The notes below the pieces were generated by a model. The model saw only the letters and a program-made list of their open reading frames with translations, made no database searches and was not told the DNA's origin. Shown here in pieces: positions 19,719 through 34,371 of a stretch of DNA of 64,000 nucleotides. The position numbers and the translations under genes were made by a program. This stretch comes from an uncultured SAR86 cluster bacterium (GTDB lineage: Bacteria; Pseudomonadota; Gammaproteobacteria; Magnimaribacterales; D2472). Location: positions 59,519 through 123,518 of the forward strand of contig CACMVA010000001.1 in NCBI GenBank assembly GCA_902617045.1. The letters run 5' to 3'. The stretch's first letter is position 1. Each line of letters begins with the position of its first letter.

Positions 19719-20030
19719 CTATTCTAGTCTATCTTTATCTTTACTTAAAGCCTTATACCATTCGGGTATAAGGTCTATATCGTGCTCTTTAGCTTTTTTA
19801 AGTACATACGGAATTGAAATTGGACTAAATGGAAGAATAACCAAAATACCAAGACCTAAGCTTTTAAAAATTTGCTTTAACTGTTTATTTGCATTTTCAA
19901 TATCTTCGTCAGAAGCATTGCCTTCAATATAATTTATATAAATATCTAGCATTTTTTTGTTTTCTTCAGTTTCTTCCAAAAAAGAATCTTTTAGTTTTAA
20001 TAAATTTTGCTTAATTTGATTTGTATCCAT
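19719..20030 (-). CDS. Hypothetical small protein (acidic N-terminus, one hydrophobic segment)
   Basis: 103-aa ORF filling an otherwise empty gap. I recognise no family. It has one hydrophobic stretch, LGLGILVILPFSPISIPYV. Confidence 0.4.
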   Translation of the reverse strand: MDTNQIKQNLLKLKDSFLEETEENKKMLDIYINYIEGNASDEDIENANKQLKQIFKSLGLGILVILPFSPISIPYVLKKAKEHDIDLIPEWYKALSKDKDRLE

Positions 20031-20062
20031 ATTTTTAAAATTATTATGCTACATTTATTAGC

Positions 20063-20716
20063 ATGATTAAATCCGAAAGAGCTCTCATAATAAAAAAAAT
20101 TTTGGATGACACGTATCCAAGAACACCAGTACCTTTAGACCATAAAGATACATATACTTTGCTTATAGCTGTTTTATTATCTGCTCAGTGTACTGACGAA
20201 AGAGTTAATCAAATAACTCCTGCTTTATTTGAACTTGCACCTAATCCTAAAAAAATGTCTCAAATGTCTGTAGAGAAAATATATGAAATTATAAAACCTT
20301 GCGGACTGGGCCCTCAAAAATCAAAAGCTATCTTGCAGCTATCAAAAATGTTAATAAAAAAATATAAAGGAAAAGTTCCAAATAATTTTTCTGATCTAGA
20401 AAAATTACCTGGAGTTGGGCACAAAACTGCTTCTGTAGTTATGAGTCAAGGTTTTGGAGTGCCTGCATTTGCAGTTGATACTCATATCCACAGGTTAGCG
20501 CAAAGATGGGGTCTTACAAACGGTAAAAGCGTTAAAAAAACTGAAGAAGATTTAAAAAAAATATTTCCAAAAGAATCTTGGAATAAACTCCATTTACAAA
20601 TTATTTTTTGGGGAAGAGAATACTGTATGGCGAGAGCTTGTCATGGAATTGAATGTAAAATTTGTAAATCATGTTATCCAAAAAGAAGAAGACCTTTTGT
20701 GCACAAAAGACCATAG
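20063..20716 (+). CDS. nth: Endonuclease III
   Basis: LSAQCTD, the HhH motif LPGVGHKTASVVM, VDTHIHR and a C-terminal Cys cluster. Confidence 0.9.
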   Translation: MIKSERALIIKKILDDTYPRTPVPLDHKDTYTLLIAVLLSAQCTDERVNQITPALFELAPNPKKMSQMSVEKIYEIIKPCGLGPQKSKAILQLSKMLIKKYKGKVPNNFSDLEKLPGVGHKTASVVMSQGFGVPAFAVDTHIHRLAQRWGLTNGKSVKKTEEDLKKIFPKESWNKLHLQIIFWGREYCMARACHGIECKICKSCYPKRRRPFVHKRP

Positions 20717-20766
20717 ATAATATAAAATTACTATAAATCCTATTTTTAAAATTAAATTAAATAATT

Positions 20767-22047
20767 ATGAAATCATCAAGAAGCGATAGTATTTTTTCGA
20801 ATAATAACACCATAAAAGATTATGACGATGAATTGTGGGCATCCTTTCAACATGAAGCTGAAAGACAAGAAGATCATATTGAATTAATAGCCTCAGAAAA
20901 TTATGCATCAAAACGAATCCTTGAAGCTCAAGGTTCTCTTTTGACTAATAAATATGCTGAGGGATATCCCTCAAAGCGTTACTATGGTGGTTGTGAAAAT
21001 GTTGATATTGCAGAGAATCTTGCAATAGATAGAGCAAAAGAACTTTTTAAAGCAGATTATGCAAATGTTCAACCTCATTCAGGATCATCAGCTAATGCAG
21101 CAGCCTACTTAGCTCTTTTGCAACCAAACGATACTATTCTTGGTATGAGTTTAGATCATGGTGGTCATTTAACACACGGTTCAAAGGTAAATTTTTCTGG
21201 TAGAAATTATAAAAGTATTCAATATGGGCTACATCCCGAAACTCATGACATAGATTATGATCAGGTAAGATCACTTGCAATAGAACATAAACCTAAATTA
21301 ATAATCGCAGGTTTTTCCGCTTTTACAGGAATAATTGATTGGAAAAAATTTAGAGAAATTGCCGATGAGACCGGAGCCTATTTTCTTGTTGATATGGCTC
21401 ACGTATCTGGCCTAGTTGCTGCTGATCTATATCCATCTCCAGTTCCATATGCAGATGTTGTTACGTCAACTACACATAAAACATTACGAGGTCCTAGGTC
21501 AGGAATTATTCTTGCAAAGGCAAATGAAGAAATTGAAAAAAAACTTAACTCTGCTGTATTTCCAGGTTCACAAGGTGGTCCTCTTATGCACGTGGTTGCT
21601 GCGAAAGCACTATGCTTTAAAGAAGCCTTAGATCCAGAATTTAAAATTTATATAAAACAGGTCATGGATAATGCAAAAACAATGGCTGAAACAATAATGT
21701 CAAATGGAATAGACATTGTGTCTAATGGAACCGAGAATCACATAATATTAGTTGATCTTAGAAGTAAAGGAATTACTGGAAAAGATCTTGAAAGAGTTCT
21801 TGGCTCAGTCAACATAACAGTAAATAAGAATTCAGTACCAAATGATCCGGCATCACCATTTGTGACTTCAGGAATAAGAATTGGTACGCCAGCAGCTACA
21901 ACTAGAGGGTTTAAAGAAGAAGAAATTATTCAAGTAGCCAATTGGATATCAGATATTATTAATAATTTTGATAATGAAGAATTACTAAAGACCATCAAGG
22001 AAGAAGTCCACAAACTTACAAGTAATTTTCCAGTATATAATCTATAG
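20767..22047 (+). CDS. glyA: Serine hydroxymethyltransferase
   Basis: The PLP-Lys motif [15 protein letters not shown], plus ELIASENY and YAEGYP. Confidence 0.95.
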   Translation: MKSSRSDSIFSNNNTIKDYDDELWASFQHEAERQEDHIELIASENYASKRILEAQGSLLTNKYAEGYPSKRYYGGCENVDIAENLAIDRAKELFKADYANVQPHSGSSANAAAYLALLQPNDTILGMSLDHGGHLTHGSKVNFSGRNYKSIQYGLHPETHDIDYDQVRSLAIEHKPKLIIAGFSAFTGIIDWKKFREIADETGAYFLVDMAHVSGLVAADLYPSPVPYADVVTSTTHKTLRGPRSGIILAKANEEIEKKLNSAVFPGSQGGPLMHVVAAKALCFKEALDPEFKIYIKQVMDNAKTMAETIMSNGIDIVSNGTENHIILVDLRSKGITGKDLERVLGSVNITVNKNSVPNDPASPFVTSGIRIGTPAATTRGFKEEEIIQVANWISDIINNFDNEELLKTIKEEVHKLTSNFPVYNL

Positions 22048-22527
22048 ATGTACTGTCCTTTTTGCCAAGCAGAAGATACTAAAGTAATTGATTCAAGATT
22101 AGTAGCAGATGGTTCTCAAATTAGAAGAAGAAGAGAATGTGAAGTATGTCACTCAAGATTTACTACATTTGAAACCCCAGATCTAGCCTTACCTAGGGTT
22201 ATTAAGAGCAATGGGGAAAGACAGCCTTTTAATGGATCAAAATTAAAGAAAGGAATGTTAAGGGCTCTTGAAAAAAGGCCACTATCAATTGAAGAAATCG
22301 ATATTGTATTTGGGAAAATATTAAAAGAAATAAGAATAAGAGGTGTGCGTGAAATTAAGTCTATTGAGATTGGAGAAATAATGATGAATGCTCTTAAAGA
22401 AGTTGATACAGTTGCTTACGTTAGATTTGCTTCTGTATACAGAGACTTTCAAGATATTCAAGATTTTTCAGAAGAAATAAGTTCATTAGCAAAAGAAAAA
22501 CCAAAGAAAAAGAAATCAAAAAAATGA
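22048..22527 (+). CDS. nrdR: Transcriptional repressor NrdR
   Basis: Zinc ribbon MYCPFC...CEVC followed by an ATP-cone. Conserved glyA-nrdR-ribD order. Confidence 0.9.
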   Translation: MYCPFCQAEDTKVIDSRLVADGSQIRRRRECEVCHSRFTTFETPDLALPRVIKSNGERQPFNGSKLKKGMLRALEKRPLSIEEIDIVFGKILKEIRIRGVREIKSIEIGEIMMNALKEVDTVAYVRFASVYRDFQDIQDFSEEISSLAKEKPKKKKSKK

Positions 22528-23534
22528 ATTTCGAAGAACTTATGCTTCGTGCTGTTACCAATGCGGAGACTTTTAAATATACTGCAAAACCAAATCCTGT
22601 TGTTGGGGCAATTTTATGCAATGATAATGAAATTATCTCAGAAGGTTATCATGAGATTTATGGTAGCAATCATGCTGAAATAAATGCAATTTCTAATGCT
22701 AGAAAGCATCAAGGGAAAAAATTTAATAACTTTTCTGAGTTGGCATTAGTATGCACTCTTGAACCATGTAGCCATGTTGGTAAAACTGGATCATGTGCTG
22801 AACAGATTGTTGAAATAGGAATTAAAAAAGTTGTGATTGGTTCTATTGATCCTAATCCAAAGGTTGCCGGTAAAGGTATCGAAATTCTTAAAAAAAACGG
22901 TATTGACGTGACTGTTGGCATTCATGAAGATATTGTCAAAAATCAGAACAAATACTTTTTCTTTAAGCATACTAACAACAAACCTTATATTATTTTGAAA
23001 ATTGCATCTTCTTTAGATGGAAAATCGCATATCGAAAGTGAAGAAAGAACAATTATTACTTCAAAGGCTTCAAGGTATGATGTGCAAATATTAAGAGCTT
23101 CGTGTGATGCAATTCTCACAGGGGGAAATACTTTGAGAAATGATAATCCAAGAATGAATGCACGAGTAAATTTTCCAACTAATCAACCTAAGAAAATATT
23201 ATTAACAAGTAAAGATTGTGATAAGGAGCTAAATTTTTTTAAAGATAATGATGTCCAAATATATAAAAATAAAGATCTTGCACAGATAATGAAATCATTT
23301 ATAGATCAAGATTTTTGCTCGATATTAATCGAAGCTGGTCCTAAGTTAGCTAATTCTTTTTTAGAGTTAGGCCTTGTAGATGAAATTATTTCATATACTT
23401 CAAATAATGAACTTGGTGATAAAGCTGTAAGCTGGTTTAAAGAAAATAATGCTATTGAAAATTATGGTTTTAAATTAGAATCCTCCTATAAAATTGATAG
23501 CGATATAAAAGAAGTATTTAAAAAAAATGGATAA
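22524..23534 (+). CDS. ribD: Bifunctional diaminohydroxyphosphoribosylaminopyrimidine deaminase / 5-amino-6-(5-phosphoribosylamino)uracil reductase
   Basis: Deaminase zinc motifs HAEINAI and [14 protein letters not shown], followed by a reductase domain. Confidence 0.9.
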   Translation: MNFEELMLRAVTNAETFKYTAKPNPVVGAILCNDNEIISEGYHEIYGSNHAEINAISNARKHQGKKFNNFSELALVCTLEPCSHVGKTGSCAEQIVEIGIKKVVIGSIDPNPKVAGKGIEILKKNGIDVTVGIHEDIVKNQNKYFFFKHTNNKPYIILKIASSLDGKSHIESEERTIITSKASRYDVQILRASCDAILTGGNTLRNDNPRMNARVNFPTNQPKKILLTSKDCDKELNFFKDNDVQIYKNKDLAQIMKSFIDQDFCSILIEAGPKLANSFLELGLVDEIISYTSNNELGDKAVSWFKENNAIENYGFKLESSYKIDSDIKEVFKKNG

Positions 23535-24606
23535 AAGTAACATTCTTGAAATAATTGATGATATTAAATCAGGAAAAATGGTAATTATTGTTGACGACGA
23601 ATCGCGAGAAAACGAAGGAGATCTTGTCTGTGCTGCTGATTTAGTAACACCTGAGATAATTAATTTTATGGCTTCTAAAGGTAAAGGATTGATATGTCTT
23701 CCGATGAGTAAGAAACTTTGTGATAAATATAATCTACAAATGATGACTAATAATAATAGAGCCGCTAACAAAACAGCGTTCACAGTATCAATTGAGGCTG
23801 CTGAGGGAATAACAACAGGTATTTCAGCTGCAGATAGAGCACATACAATAAAAACAGCAGTTGATAAAAACTCAAGTTCATCAGACATTGTTCAACCTGG
23901 TCATATTTTTCCATTAAAAGCTATGAAGGGAGGTGTTTTAAGTAGAGCTGGGCATACCGAAGCAGCATGTGACCTAGCTAAGCTAGCAGGCCTTCAGTCT
24001 GCTGGAGTTATCTGTGAAATTATGAATGATGACGGAACAATGGCTAGACGAGACGATCTAATAAAATTTGGCAAAGAAAATAAAATTAAAGTTGGAACAA
24101 TTGCAGACTTAATTGATTACAGACTTTCAATGGAAGCAACAATAGAGTCTATTTTAGATAAAGATGTTGAAAATGAGTTTGGTAAATTTAAACTTAATGT
24201 ATGGAGAGATAAAATCTATGATGAATACCACTTCTCTCTTTCAATGGGTGATCTTGATGCTAAGGAATCGCCACTAGTAAGGGTACAAACTCAAAGCATA
24301 TTGCAAGATTTGTTAGGAATTGATGATCTTGGTAAAAATTGGTCAATAAGAAGTTCATTAAAGAGAATTGCTGAAGAAGGTACTGGATTACTCGTTCTGA
24401 TAAATCATAGAGATGCAAAAAGCTATTGGCTTAATAAGCTAGAAGAGAAGGAAATAGAACCAAAGAGTAATAGAAGAGTTATTGGAGTTGGATCTCAAAT
24501 TCTAAGAGCATTAAATCTAAAGCAAATAACCGTTTTAGGCACTCCAACAAAATATAATGCTGTATCTGGTTTTGACATTGAAATTACAGGATTTATAAAT
24601 GAATAA
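23527..24606 (+). CDS. ribB: 3,4-dihydroxy-2-butanone-4-phosphate synthase fused to a degenerate GTP cyclohydrolase II-like domain (RibBX type)
   Basis: The N-terminal domain has [13 protein letters not shown] and GHTEA. The C-terminal domain aligns with RibA but lacks the zinc Cys residues (no Cys at all after about aa 165). Confidence 0.88.
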   Translation: MDKSNILEIIDDIKSGKMVIIVDDESRENEGDLVCAADLVTPEIINFMASKGKGLICLPMSKKLCDKYNLQMMTNNNRAANKTAFTVSIEAAEGITTGISAADRAHTIKTAVDKNSSSSDIVQPGHIFPLKAMKGGVLSRAGHTEAACDLAKLAGLQSAGVICEIMNDDGTMARRDDLIKFGKENKIKVGTIADLIDYRLSMEATIESILDKDVENEFGKFKLNVWRDKIYDEYHFSLSMGDLDAKESPLVRVQTQSILQDLLGIDDLGKNWSIRSSLKRIAEEGTGLLVLINHRDAKSYWLNKLEEKEIEPKSNRRVIGVGSQILRALNLKQITVLGTPTKYNAVSGFDIEITGFINE

Positions 24607-25003
24607 TGTATTGATAGTTCATACTTCATGGTATGAAAAATATATCTCAAAAATGATAAAAGTTTCATCTGAAATATTAAGTAATGATTTCAAGTACTCT
24701 ATAGCAAAAGCACCTGGTGCAATTGAGCTAGCTGCTCTTGCAAAAAATAAGCTAAATAAGAATAACTTTGTTGGTGTTATTTTCATGGGGATTATTATTA
24801 GGGGAGAAACAAGTCATTATGATTTAGTTACTCAGGAAACTTTTCGATCTATTGGATCTCTTGCAGAAAATTATTGTGACATTGCAATAATTAATAATGT
24901 TATTTGTGTTGAAAATGAAAACCAGCTTGTTGAAAGACTAGAAAAAAATACAAAAAATAATACTAATGCATTAATAAGTCTTATTGATGAAAAATCTGTC
25001 TAA
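24599..25003 (+). CDS. ribH: 6,7-dimethyl-8-ribityllumazine synthase (short, divergent)
   Basis: Position between ribB and nusB, plus the APGAIELA and IIRGETSHYD motifs. At 134 aa it is shorter than usual. Confidence 0.75.
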   Translation: MNNVLIVHTSWYEKYISKMIKVSSEILSNDFKYSIAKAPGAIELAALAKNKLNKNNFVGVIFMGIIIRGETSHYDLVTQETFRSIGSLAENYCDIAIINNVICVENENQLVERLEKNTKNNTNALISLIDEKSV

Positions 25004-25400
25004 TTTCAAGAAAATAATTAAAACAAGGGAGTATTTAATTCAAGCTATTTATCAAATGTTATTTAGTAATGATGATGTTCAAAAAATAATAACTCAATTT
25101 AAAGAAGAGCATAAGGATAAGAAAGTTGATTTTAATGTATTTGCCGACTCACTAAAATCTATTGATAAAAATAAAAAAAAGATTGAATCAGTTATTAAAT
25201 CAGTGGATATTTCAAGTTCAAGTATTGAATTGATTGATAAATCAATTCTAATTTTTGCTATCAACGAAATGTTTTATGGTGACTTGGACAAACCCATAAT
25301 TATTGATGAATCTATCAGGTTAGCAAAGAAGTTTTCAAGCCCAGACTCATATAAATTTTTAAATGCTACATTAGATAAAATTTTAAAAAAAGGTATTTAA
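24984..25400 (+). CDS. nusB: Transcription antitermination factor NusB
   Basis: 138-aa helical protein (TREYLIQAIYQM..., DKPIIIDESIRLAKKF) in the conserved position after ribH. Confidence 0.8.
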   Translation: MMKNLSNFKKIIKTREYLIQAIYQMLFSNDDVQKIITQFKEEHKDKKVDFNVFADSLKSIDKNKKKIESVIKSVDISSSSIELIDKSILIFAINEMFYGDLDKPIIIDESIRLAKKFSSPDSYKFLNATLDKILKKGI

Positions 25401-25403
25401 AAA

Positions 25404-27488
<2,085 letters not shown>

Positions 27489-27505
<17 letters not shown>

Positions 27506-28538
27506 CTTTCTTTTTATTTTCTTCCATTATTTTATCTAGAGGTAAATATAAAAGATTGTTACCGCCCTCAACGTCAACCATAATTTTGGTTGAATTAGAA
27601 AGAACTGACTGTAATGCATCTAAATACAATCTATCTCTTGTAACCTCAGGTGCTTTTGCATATTCCTCGAGGAGTTGATTAAATCTCTCAACTTCACCTT
27701 CAGCTTTTGCAACAACCTCTTCTTTGTAAGCCTCAGCACCTCTGATTCTTGCCTGAGCTTGTCCTCTAGCCTCTGGGACAATAGATAATGCATATCTTTC
27801 GGCTTCATTTTGTAATCTTTCCTTATCCTCTCTAGCAGCAACAACATCGTCAAAAGCATTCTTTACTGCAGCAGGAGGATCAGTTTTTTCTATATTAACC
27901 TGTTGAACAATCAGGCCTGTTTGATAAATATCTAAATAAGACTGAAGTCTAGTTTGAACTTCTTGAGCGATATTTTCTCTTCCAACAGTTAGCGTCTGAT
28001 CTAATGTATTGTCTCCAACGACATGCCTTAATGCACTTTCAATAGCATTCCTTAAACTACCTTCAGGATCCTTAACGTTAAGAACAAAATCTTTTAAATT
28101 TGCGATTCTATATTGAGCTGAAACTGTAACATCAACAATGTTCTCATCTTTAGTAAGCATGCTATTGGTTTGAGTGTACCGTCTAGTTAGCGATACATTC
28201 TCAATATATCTATCATCAATACCAGCTAATCTAAAGTTAAGACCTTCTTCCTGTTCTTCATAAAACTTTCCAAGTCTCAGTATTACTGCTCTTTCAGAAG
28301 CATCTAATTGATAGATACATTGAGATGCATATACTATTGAGAATCCAAATAAAGCGTAAATTAGCATTCTAGAAGATGGAAACTTGAATCCACCACTATT
28401 TCCGCTTCCACCAGATCCGTTACTTGAAGATTTTTTACCTCCAAGAATGGATGAAAATTTCTTCATTAATTCATCAAAGTCAGGAGCATCATTTTTATTG
28501 CCCCATGGATCTTTATTATTTTGATTTTCCCAGTTCAC
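27489..28538 (-). CDS. hflK: Protease modulator HflK
   Basis: DPWG N-terminus, a Gly/Ser-rich linker, a TM segment and an SPFH domain. GTG start with GAGG upstream. Confidence 0.9.
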
Positions 28539-28599
28539 TTTTATGTATTACCTCGTTTGAAATTGTATTATAAACTTATGTTGGGACTTATTATTACAT

Positions 28600-29537
28600 T
28601 TAAAGTGCTGTAATTAACTTTTTAACGTCATTTTCCAGCACCTTAGGTTCCATTAAATCGATTTCTTTAAATTTATCCCAACTTCTTATCCATGTAGTTT
28701 GTCTTTTTGCAAGTTGTCTAGTTGCGAATAACGCTTTATCAAAAAAAGTTTCATAATCATGTTTTTTTTCTATGAATTCAAAAGCCTGTTTATAGTTAAC
28801 TGATTTTCTAAGGGGGTGGTTAAGATCAAGATCATACTTGTTAAGTAAATTCTTAGCCTCATCAACCAAACCTTGTTTTATAATTTTTTTTAATCTAGTT
28901 TTAATTCTTTCATGAAGAATATTTCTGTCAATTGAAATACAAAATTGAGAAACATCAAATTTATTTGATAAACAATCTTTATTATTATCTAAGAAGACTT
29001 CACTCATTCTTTTTCCACTTTTTTCAAATACTTCTAAAGCTCTAATTATCCTTATTTCGTCATTTTTATTTATTTTCTTAGCATACTCAGGATCAATTTG
29101 ATTCAGTTTTTCATGAAGAAAAAAATCTTTATTATTAGTTTTAAGTTTTTTGAGGCTATCTCTAAATTTTTGATCTCTTTCAGGCAAATCATTTATACCA
29201 GTATATAAAGATTTAAAATACATCATTGAGCCGCCAACAAAAATTGGAAGTTTATTTTTATTATGAGTAATTTCAATAATTTCCATTGAACGTCTATAAA
29301 AATCTGCAACAGTGAAAACTTCATTTGGACATATAATATCTACCAAATGGTGAGGATATTTTGCAAGAACATTTTTGTTAGGTTTTGCTGAACCAATATC
29401 GCAATCTTTATAAACCATAACTGAGTCAACGCTAATCAACTCAACAGGAAATTTTTTTGCTAAATTTATTGCGAGATCTGTTTTTCCAGATGCGGTAGGC
29501 CCAAAAAGAAAAACTATTGGTTTGTCTAATTTATTTA

Positions 29538-29538
<1 letters not shown>
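28600..29538 (-). CDS. miaA: tRNA dimethylallyltransferase (5-prime end unresolved)
   Basis: The body is clearly MiaA. Own translation upstream of the track ORF gives LDKPIVFLFGPTASGKTDLAINLAKKF (P-loop). That frame opens only at 29550 and has no ATG/GTG/TTG before the P-loop. Confidence 0.8.
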
Positions 29539-31116
<1,578 letters not shown>

Positions 31117-31161
31117 AAAATATCTAATGATTCACATTGTAATGATACATCGTAATTTCAA

Positions 31162-32034
31162 ATGAAAAATGCTTTATTGGTAATTCTAATTATTTTTTGG
31201 AAAATATTAGTTTTTTTTCCAAGAAGATTTCAAAATTTCATTGCTACAGTTTTGGGTCATTTTATTTATTGGTTACCGCTAATAAGAAACCTTATAAGTA
31301 AAGTAAATATTGACTTATGCTTTAAAGATCTTAGTCAAAAAGATAGAGATAATATCCATAAAAAAAATACAATCGAATTTGCCAAAGTTATATTTGATAC
31401 AGGTATTTCATGGTTTTGGTCTGATAATAGAATAAAAAAAAATATTCCATATAAAATTAATGGTCTCCAAGCTATATTAAACAATCAAAATGACAAGAAT
31501 GGTATTCTGTTGTTATTTAAACATTCCCTCCATCTTGAGCTTGATTCAAGAATTTTAGCAATGCATTCAGAAATTTATGGTATTGAAAGAGAACATAATT
31601 CAAAAATGTTTGAAAATATTCAAAGATCAGGAAGACTTAAAAGCATGAAAGGAATTACAGATAGGGATAACACTCTAACTTTTATGAGATGGCTCAAGAA
31701 AGGTAAGACTGTTTTATACGCACCAGATCAAGATTATGGAATCAAAAAATCTATAAAGGTAAATTTTTTTGGAATTCCAGCTGCAACAGTTACAGCACCA
31801 TTAAAAATTATTGAAAAAACTGGATGTAAAGTTTTTTTTATAAACTCCTATTTTAATAATGGAAAACTCATATTGGATCTTGAGGAGATTAATATAGATC
31901 AATCATCTGTTGAAAACTTTTCTAGGCAATTAAATTTAATTATTGAAAATAAGATTAGACTTCATCCGCATGAATACCTTTGGCAACATAGAAGGTTTAA
32001 ATCAACACTCGGCAAGAAAAAAATATACCAATGA
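31162..32034 (+). CDS. Lipid A biosynthesis (Kdo)2-lipid IVA acyltransferase (LpxL/LpxM family)
   Basis: 290 aa with an N-terminal TM and late-acyltransferase-like sequence (YAPDQDYG..., FFGIPAAT, HPHEYLWQHRRFK). Divergent from waaA. Confidence 0.8.
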   Translation: MKNALLVILIIFWKILVFFPRRFQNFIATVLGHFIYWLPLIRNLISKVNIDLCFKDLSQKDRDNIHKKNTIEFAKVIFDTGISWFWSDNRIKKNIPYKINGLQAILNNQNDKNGILLLFKHSLHLELDSRILAMHSEIYGIEREHNSKMFENIQRSGRLKSMKGITDRDNTLTFMRWLKKGKTVLYAPDQDYGIKKSIKVNFFGIPAATVTAPLKIIEKTGCKVFFINSYFNNGKLILDLEEINIDQSSVENFSRQLNLIIENKIRLHPHEYLWQHRRFKSTLGKKKIYQ

Positions 32035-32633
32035 ATTTTCAACAAATAAAAAATCTAAAAGGATTTATGCCTGATCATGAAGGTATGGCTCTTTTTAAAT
32101 GGGCGAAGAAATTTTCAGCACTTGGGCCCATTTTGGAAATTGGAACATATTGTGGTAAATCATCAATGTATCTCTCATTGGGTGCTAAAAAAAATGATCA
32201 ATATGTTTTTACAATTGATCATCACCTTGGTTCTGAGGAACATCAAATTAATGAGGAATATTTTGATGATGAGACATATGATCACAATAATAGAAGAGTA
32301 AACACACTTCCTTTGTTAATTGAGAATATAAATCAATGCAAAGCAAAGAATATTGTCCCAATAGTTGCTGATTCCAAAGAAATATCCTCTAATTGGATAT
32401 CAAATATAGGTATGCTATTCATTGATGGAGGACATTCATACGAATCAGCTAACAATGACTATAAATACTGGGAATCAAAAGTAATAAAAGGCGGTTGTTT
32501 GGTAATACATGATATCTATGAAAATCCTGATGAAGGTGGCCAAGCACCATATGAAATATTTCAAAAAGCACTAAAAAATAACTATAAAATTTATGATCGT
32601 GTTGACACTGTGGTGTGCTTAATAAAGAGCTGA
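32031..32633 (+). CDS. Class I SAM-dependent methyltransferase (O-methyltransferase-3 / Methyltransf_24-like)
   Basis: ILEIGTYCGKSS (SAM motif I), FIDGGHSYE and GGCLVIHD. Confidence 0.7.
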   Translation: MNFQQIKNLKGFMPDHEGMALFKWAKKFSALGPILEIGTYCGKSSMYLSLGAKKNDQYVFTIDHHLGSEEHQINEEYFDDETYDHNNRRVNTLPLLIENINQCKAKNIVPIVADSKEISSNWISNIGMLFIDGGHSYESANNDYKYWESKVIKGGCLVIHDIYENPDEGGQAPYEIFQKALKNNYKIYDRVDTVVCLIKS

Positions 32634-33680
32634 TTGATCTTTTAAAAATAAATCAGAAGCATCTGTAAAATTTAATACAGAATCTGCAGCAATTATCAGA
32701 GCTGCCGCTGTCCAGCTGGGTTTTTCATTTGGCCAAAAAATATTTTCCTCATACTGCCATCCCATGTATGGAATTTTATTCTCATCAGAAATGTTTATTA
32801 CATCTAATAGAAGTTCCTTAGACTTCTTCGCATCACCATAAATCAAAAGAGATATTATAAATTCAGATGTTTCGGCTACAGTAATCCATGGCTCTTCTTT
32901 AACACACTTTATACCAATGCCATTCACATAAAAACATGAAAAAGTTTTATCGATATAAGATTTTATTTCATCTTCATTTAGACATCCTGACAAAATTGGA
33001 TAATAAGAGTCCATAGAAAATCTCTTTCTATCTTTTAAAATGTCAAATTTTCCATTTGGATTTTTTAAGGCCTTGGATAATAAATTATATGATTTTGCCC
33101 ACCTTTCAGTATTATTATTTTTCTTTAAAATATAAGAAATTGCTAACCCACACTCAATACTTTTTAATATAGAAGAAGACCCTGTCACTAAAAAATCGTT
33201 TTCTATTTCCCCATGTATATTTATTGACCATGGAATTGTTCCGTTCTTGATTTGAAGATTCAAAGAAAAATTAATTGCAGACTCAATCGTTTGCCACAAT
33301 TCTCCCAAAAAATCTTTATCATTAAAAATCTTATAATAATGTAAAGCAGCAACAGAGATATATGGTCCAAAATGTGTTGGTTTGTTTTTTTCAACCGGAA
33401 TATTATGTTTGTATTTTGCGTACCAACTTCCATCATCATTTTGATTTTTTACTAGCCAATTAAAAGCTCTTTTTGAAGATTCATTTTCTTTAATAAAATT
33501 TAGTCCCATTATTGACTCAATATGATCCCATGGATCATGAGAGCCATCTTCGTTTGAGGGTATTGCTCCAGATTTATTTTGAATAGTTTTTATATATTTT
33601 CCAAGATTTTGAAAAAAAGTAATATCTAAGTCTTTAGAAGAATATAGTCTTTTAGGATGGTGCATTTTACATCTTTTCAA
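32619..33680 (-). CDS. Alpha/alpha-toroid protein (prenyltransferase / squalene-hopene-cyclase-repeat-like or GH15-like)
   Basis: Repeated ..GAIPS/..NQNDDGSWYAKY/..IKNGTIPWS motifs reminiscent of QW/terpenoid-cyclase repeats. The family assignment is tentative. Confidence 0.5.
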   Translation of the reverse strand: MKRCKMHHPKRLYSSKDLDITFFQNLGKYIKTIQNKSGAIPSNEDGSHDPWDHIESIMGLNFIKENESSKRAFNWLVKNQNDDGSWYAKYKHNIPVEKNKPTHFGPYISVAALHYYKIFNDKDFLGELWQTIESAINFSLNLQIKNGTIPWSINIHGEIENDFLVTGSSSILKSIECGLAISYILKKNNNTERWAKSYNLLSKALKNPNGKFDILKDRKRFSMDSYYPILSGCLNEDEIKSYIDKTFSCFYVNGIGIKCVKEEPWITVAETSEFIISLLIYGDAKKSKELLLDVINISDENKIPYMGWQYEENIFWPNEKPSWTAAALIIAADSVLNFTDASDLFLKDQSALY

Positions 33681-34371
33681 AATACATTGAAAAACTTTTG
33701 CCCATAATCGGATTCATTAATTTATCAATACTATCAATGATTAGAGGTTTTTTGAGAATATGTCTTTCAAGGATCTTCTTATATGCTTTAACAATTAAAT
33801 TTTCGTCCTGAGAATTCCAAAAGAGGCATCTGAACCACCAATATGGACTATGAATAGAATGAAATTTTTCAGATGATAAAAATTTAAAACCGCAATCTTC
33901 AATTTCACGAATAAGTTTCTTTTGATCGAATATTCTCAGGTGTCCTCCTGGCTGATTTTGATACTCCTTTGATAAATACCAGCAAACCTTTTCGGGCCAA
34001 GATGCAGGCACGCTTGCAAAAAATTTTCCACCAGGTTTTAAAACCCTTTTTATTTCAATAACTGCATCATTGTATTCATGCAAATGCTCTAAAACTTCAG
34101 AACATACTATTAAATCAAACGTATCATCTGAGAAAGGTAATGAGTAGACTGATCCCTTCATAAATTCTGCTCCAGCATCAGATATAGATTCAAAATATGC
34201 ATAACCCTCTTCAGCCTTCTTAAGAGAATCATTATCCATATCAAGCCCTATGCATTTCATCTTTGGAAATTCTTGCATAACACCAAATATGTGTCTGCCC
34301 TCTCCACATCCGACATCAAGCATCGAACCATCTTCATTGAGATCATATTTTTTAAAATTAAAAGTTAGCAT
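33667..34371 (-). CDS. Class I SAM-dependent methyltransferase (Methyltransf_11-like)
   Basis: MLDVGCGEGRH, DLIVCSEVLEHL and LKPGGKFF. Confidence 0.8.
   Translation of the reverse strand: MLTFNFKKYDLNEDGSMLDVGCGEGRHIFGVMQEFPKMKCIGLDMDNDSLKKAEEGYAYFESISDAGAEFMKGSVYSLPFSDDTFDLIVCSEVLEHLHEYNDAVIEIKRVLKPGGKFFASVPASWPEKVCWYLSKEYQNQPGGHLRIFDQKKLIREIEDCGFKFLSSEKFHSIHSPYWWFRCLFWNSQDENLIVKAYKKILERHILKKPLIIDSIDKLMNPIMGKSFSMYFEKM

Noticed and set aside
20620-20716. Atypical Cys spacing in the Nth C-terminus (C-x4-C-x4-C-x2-C-x2-C plus a basic tail) as a novel cluster-binding variant.
   Set aside because: Without an alignment I cannot tell which four Cys residues are the ligands, and variation in this loop is common. 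The evidence is not strong enough to report.
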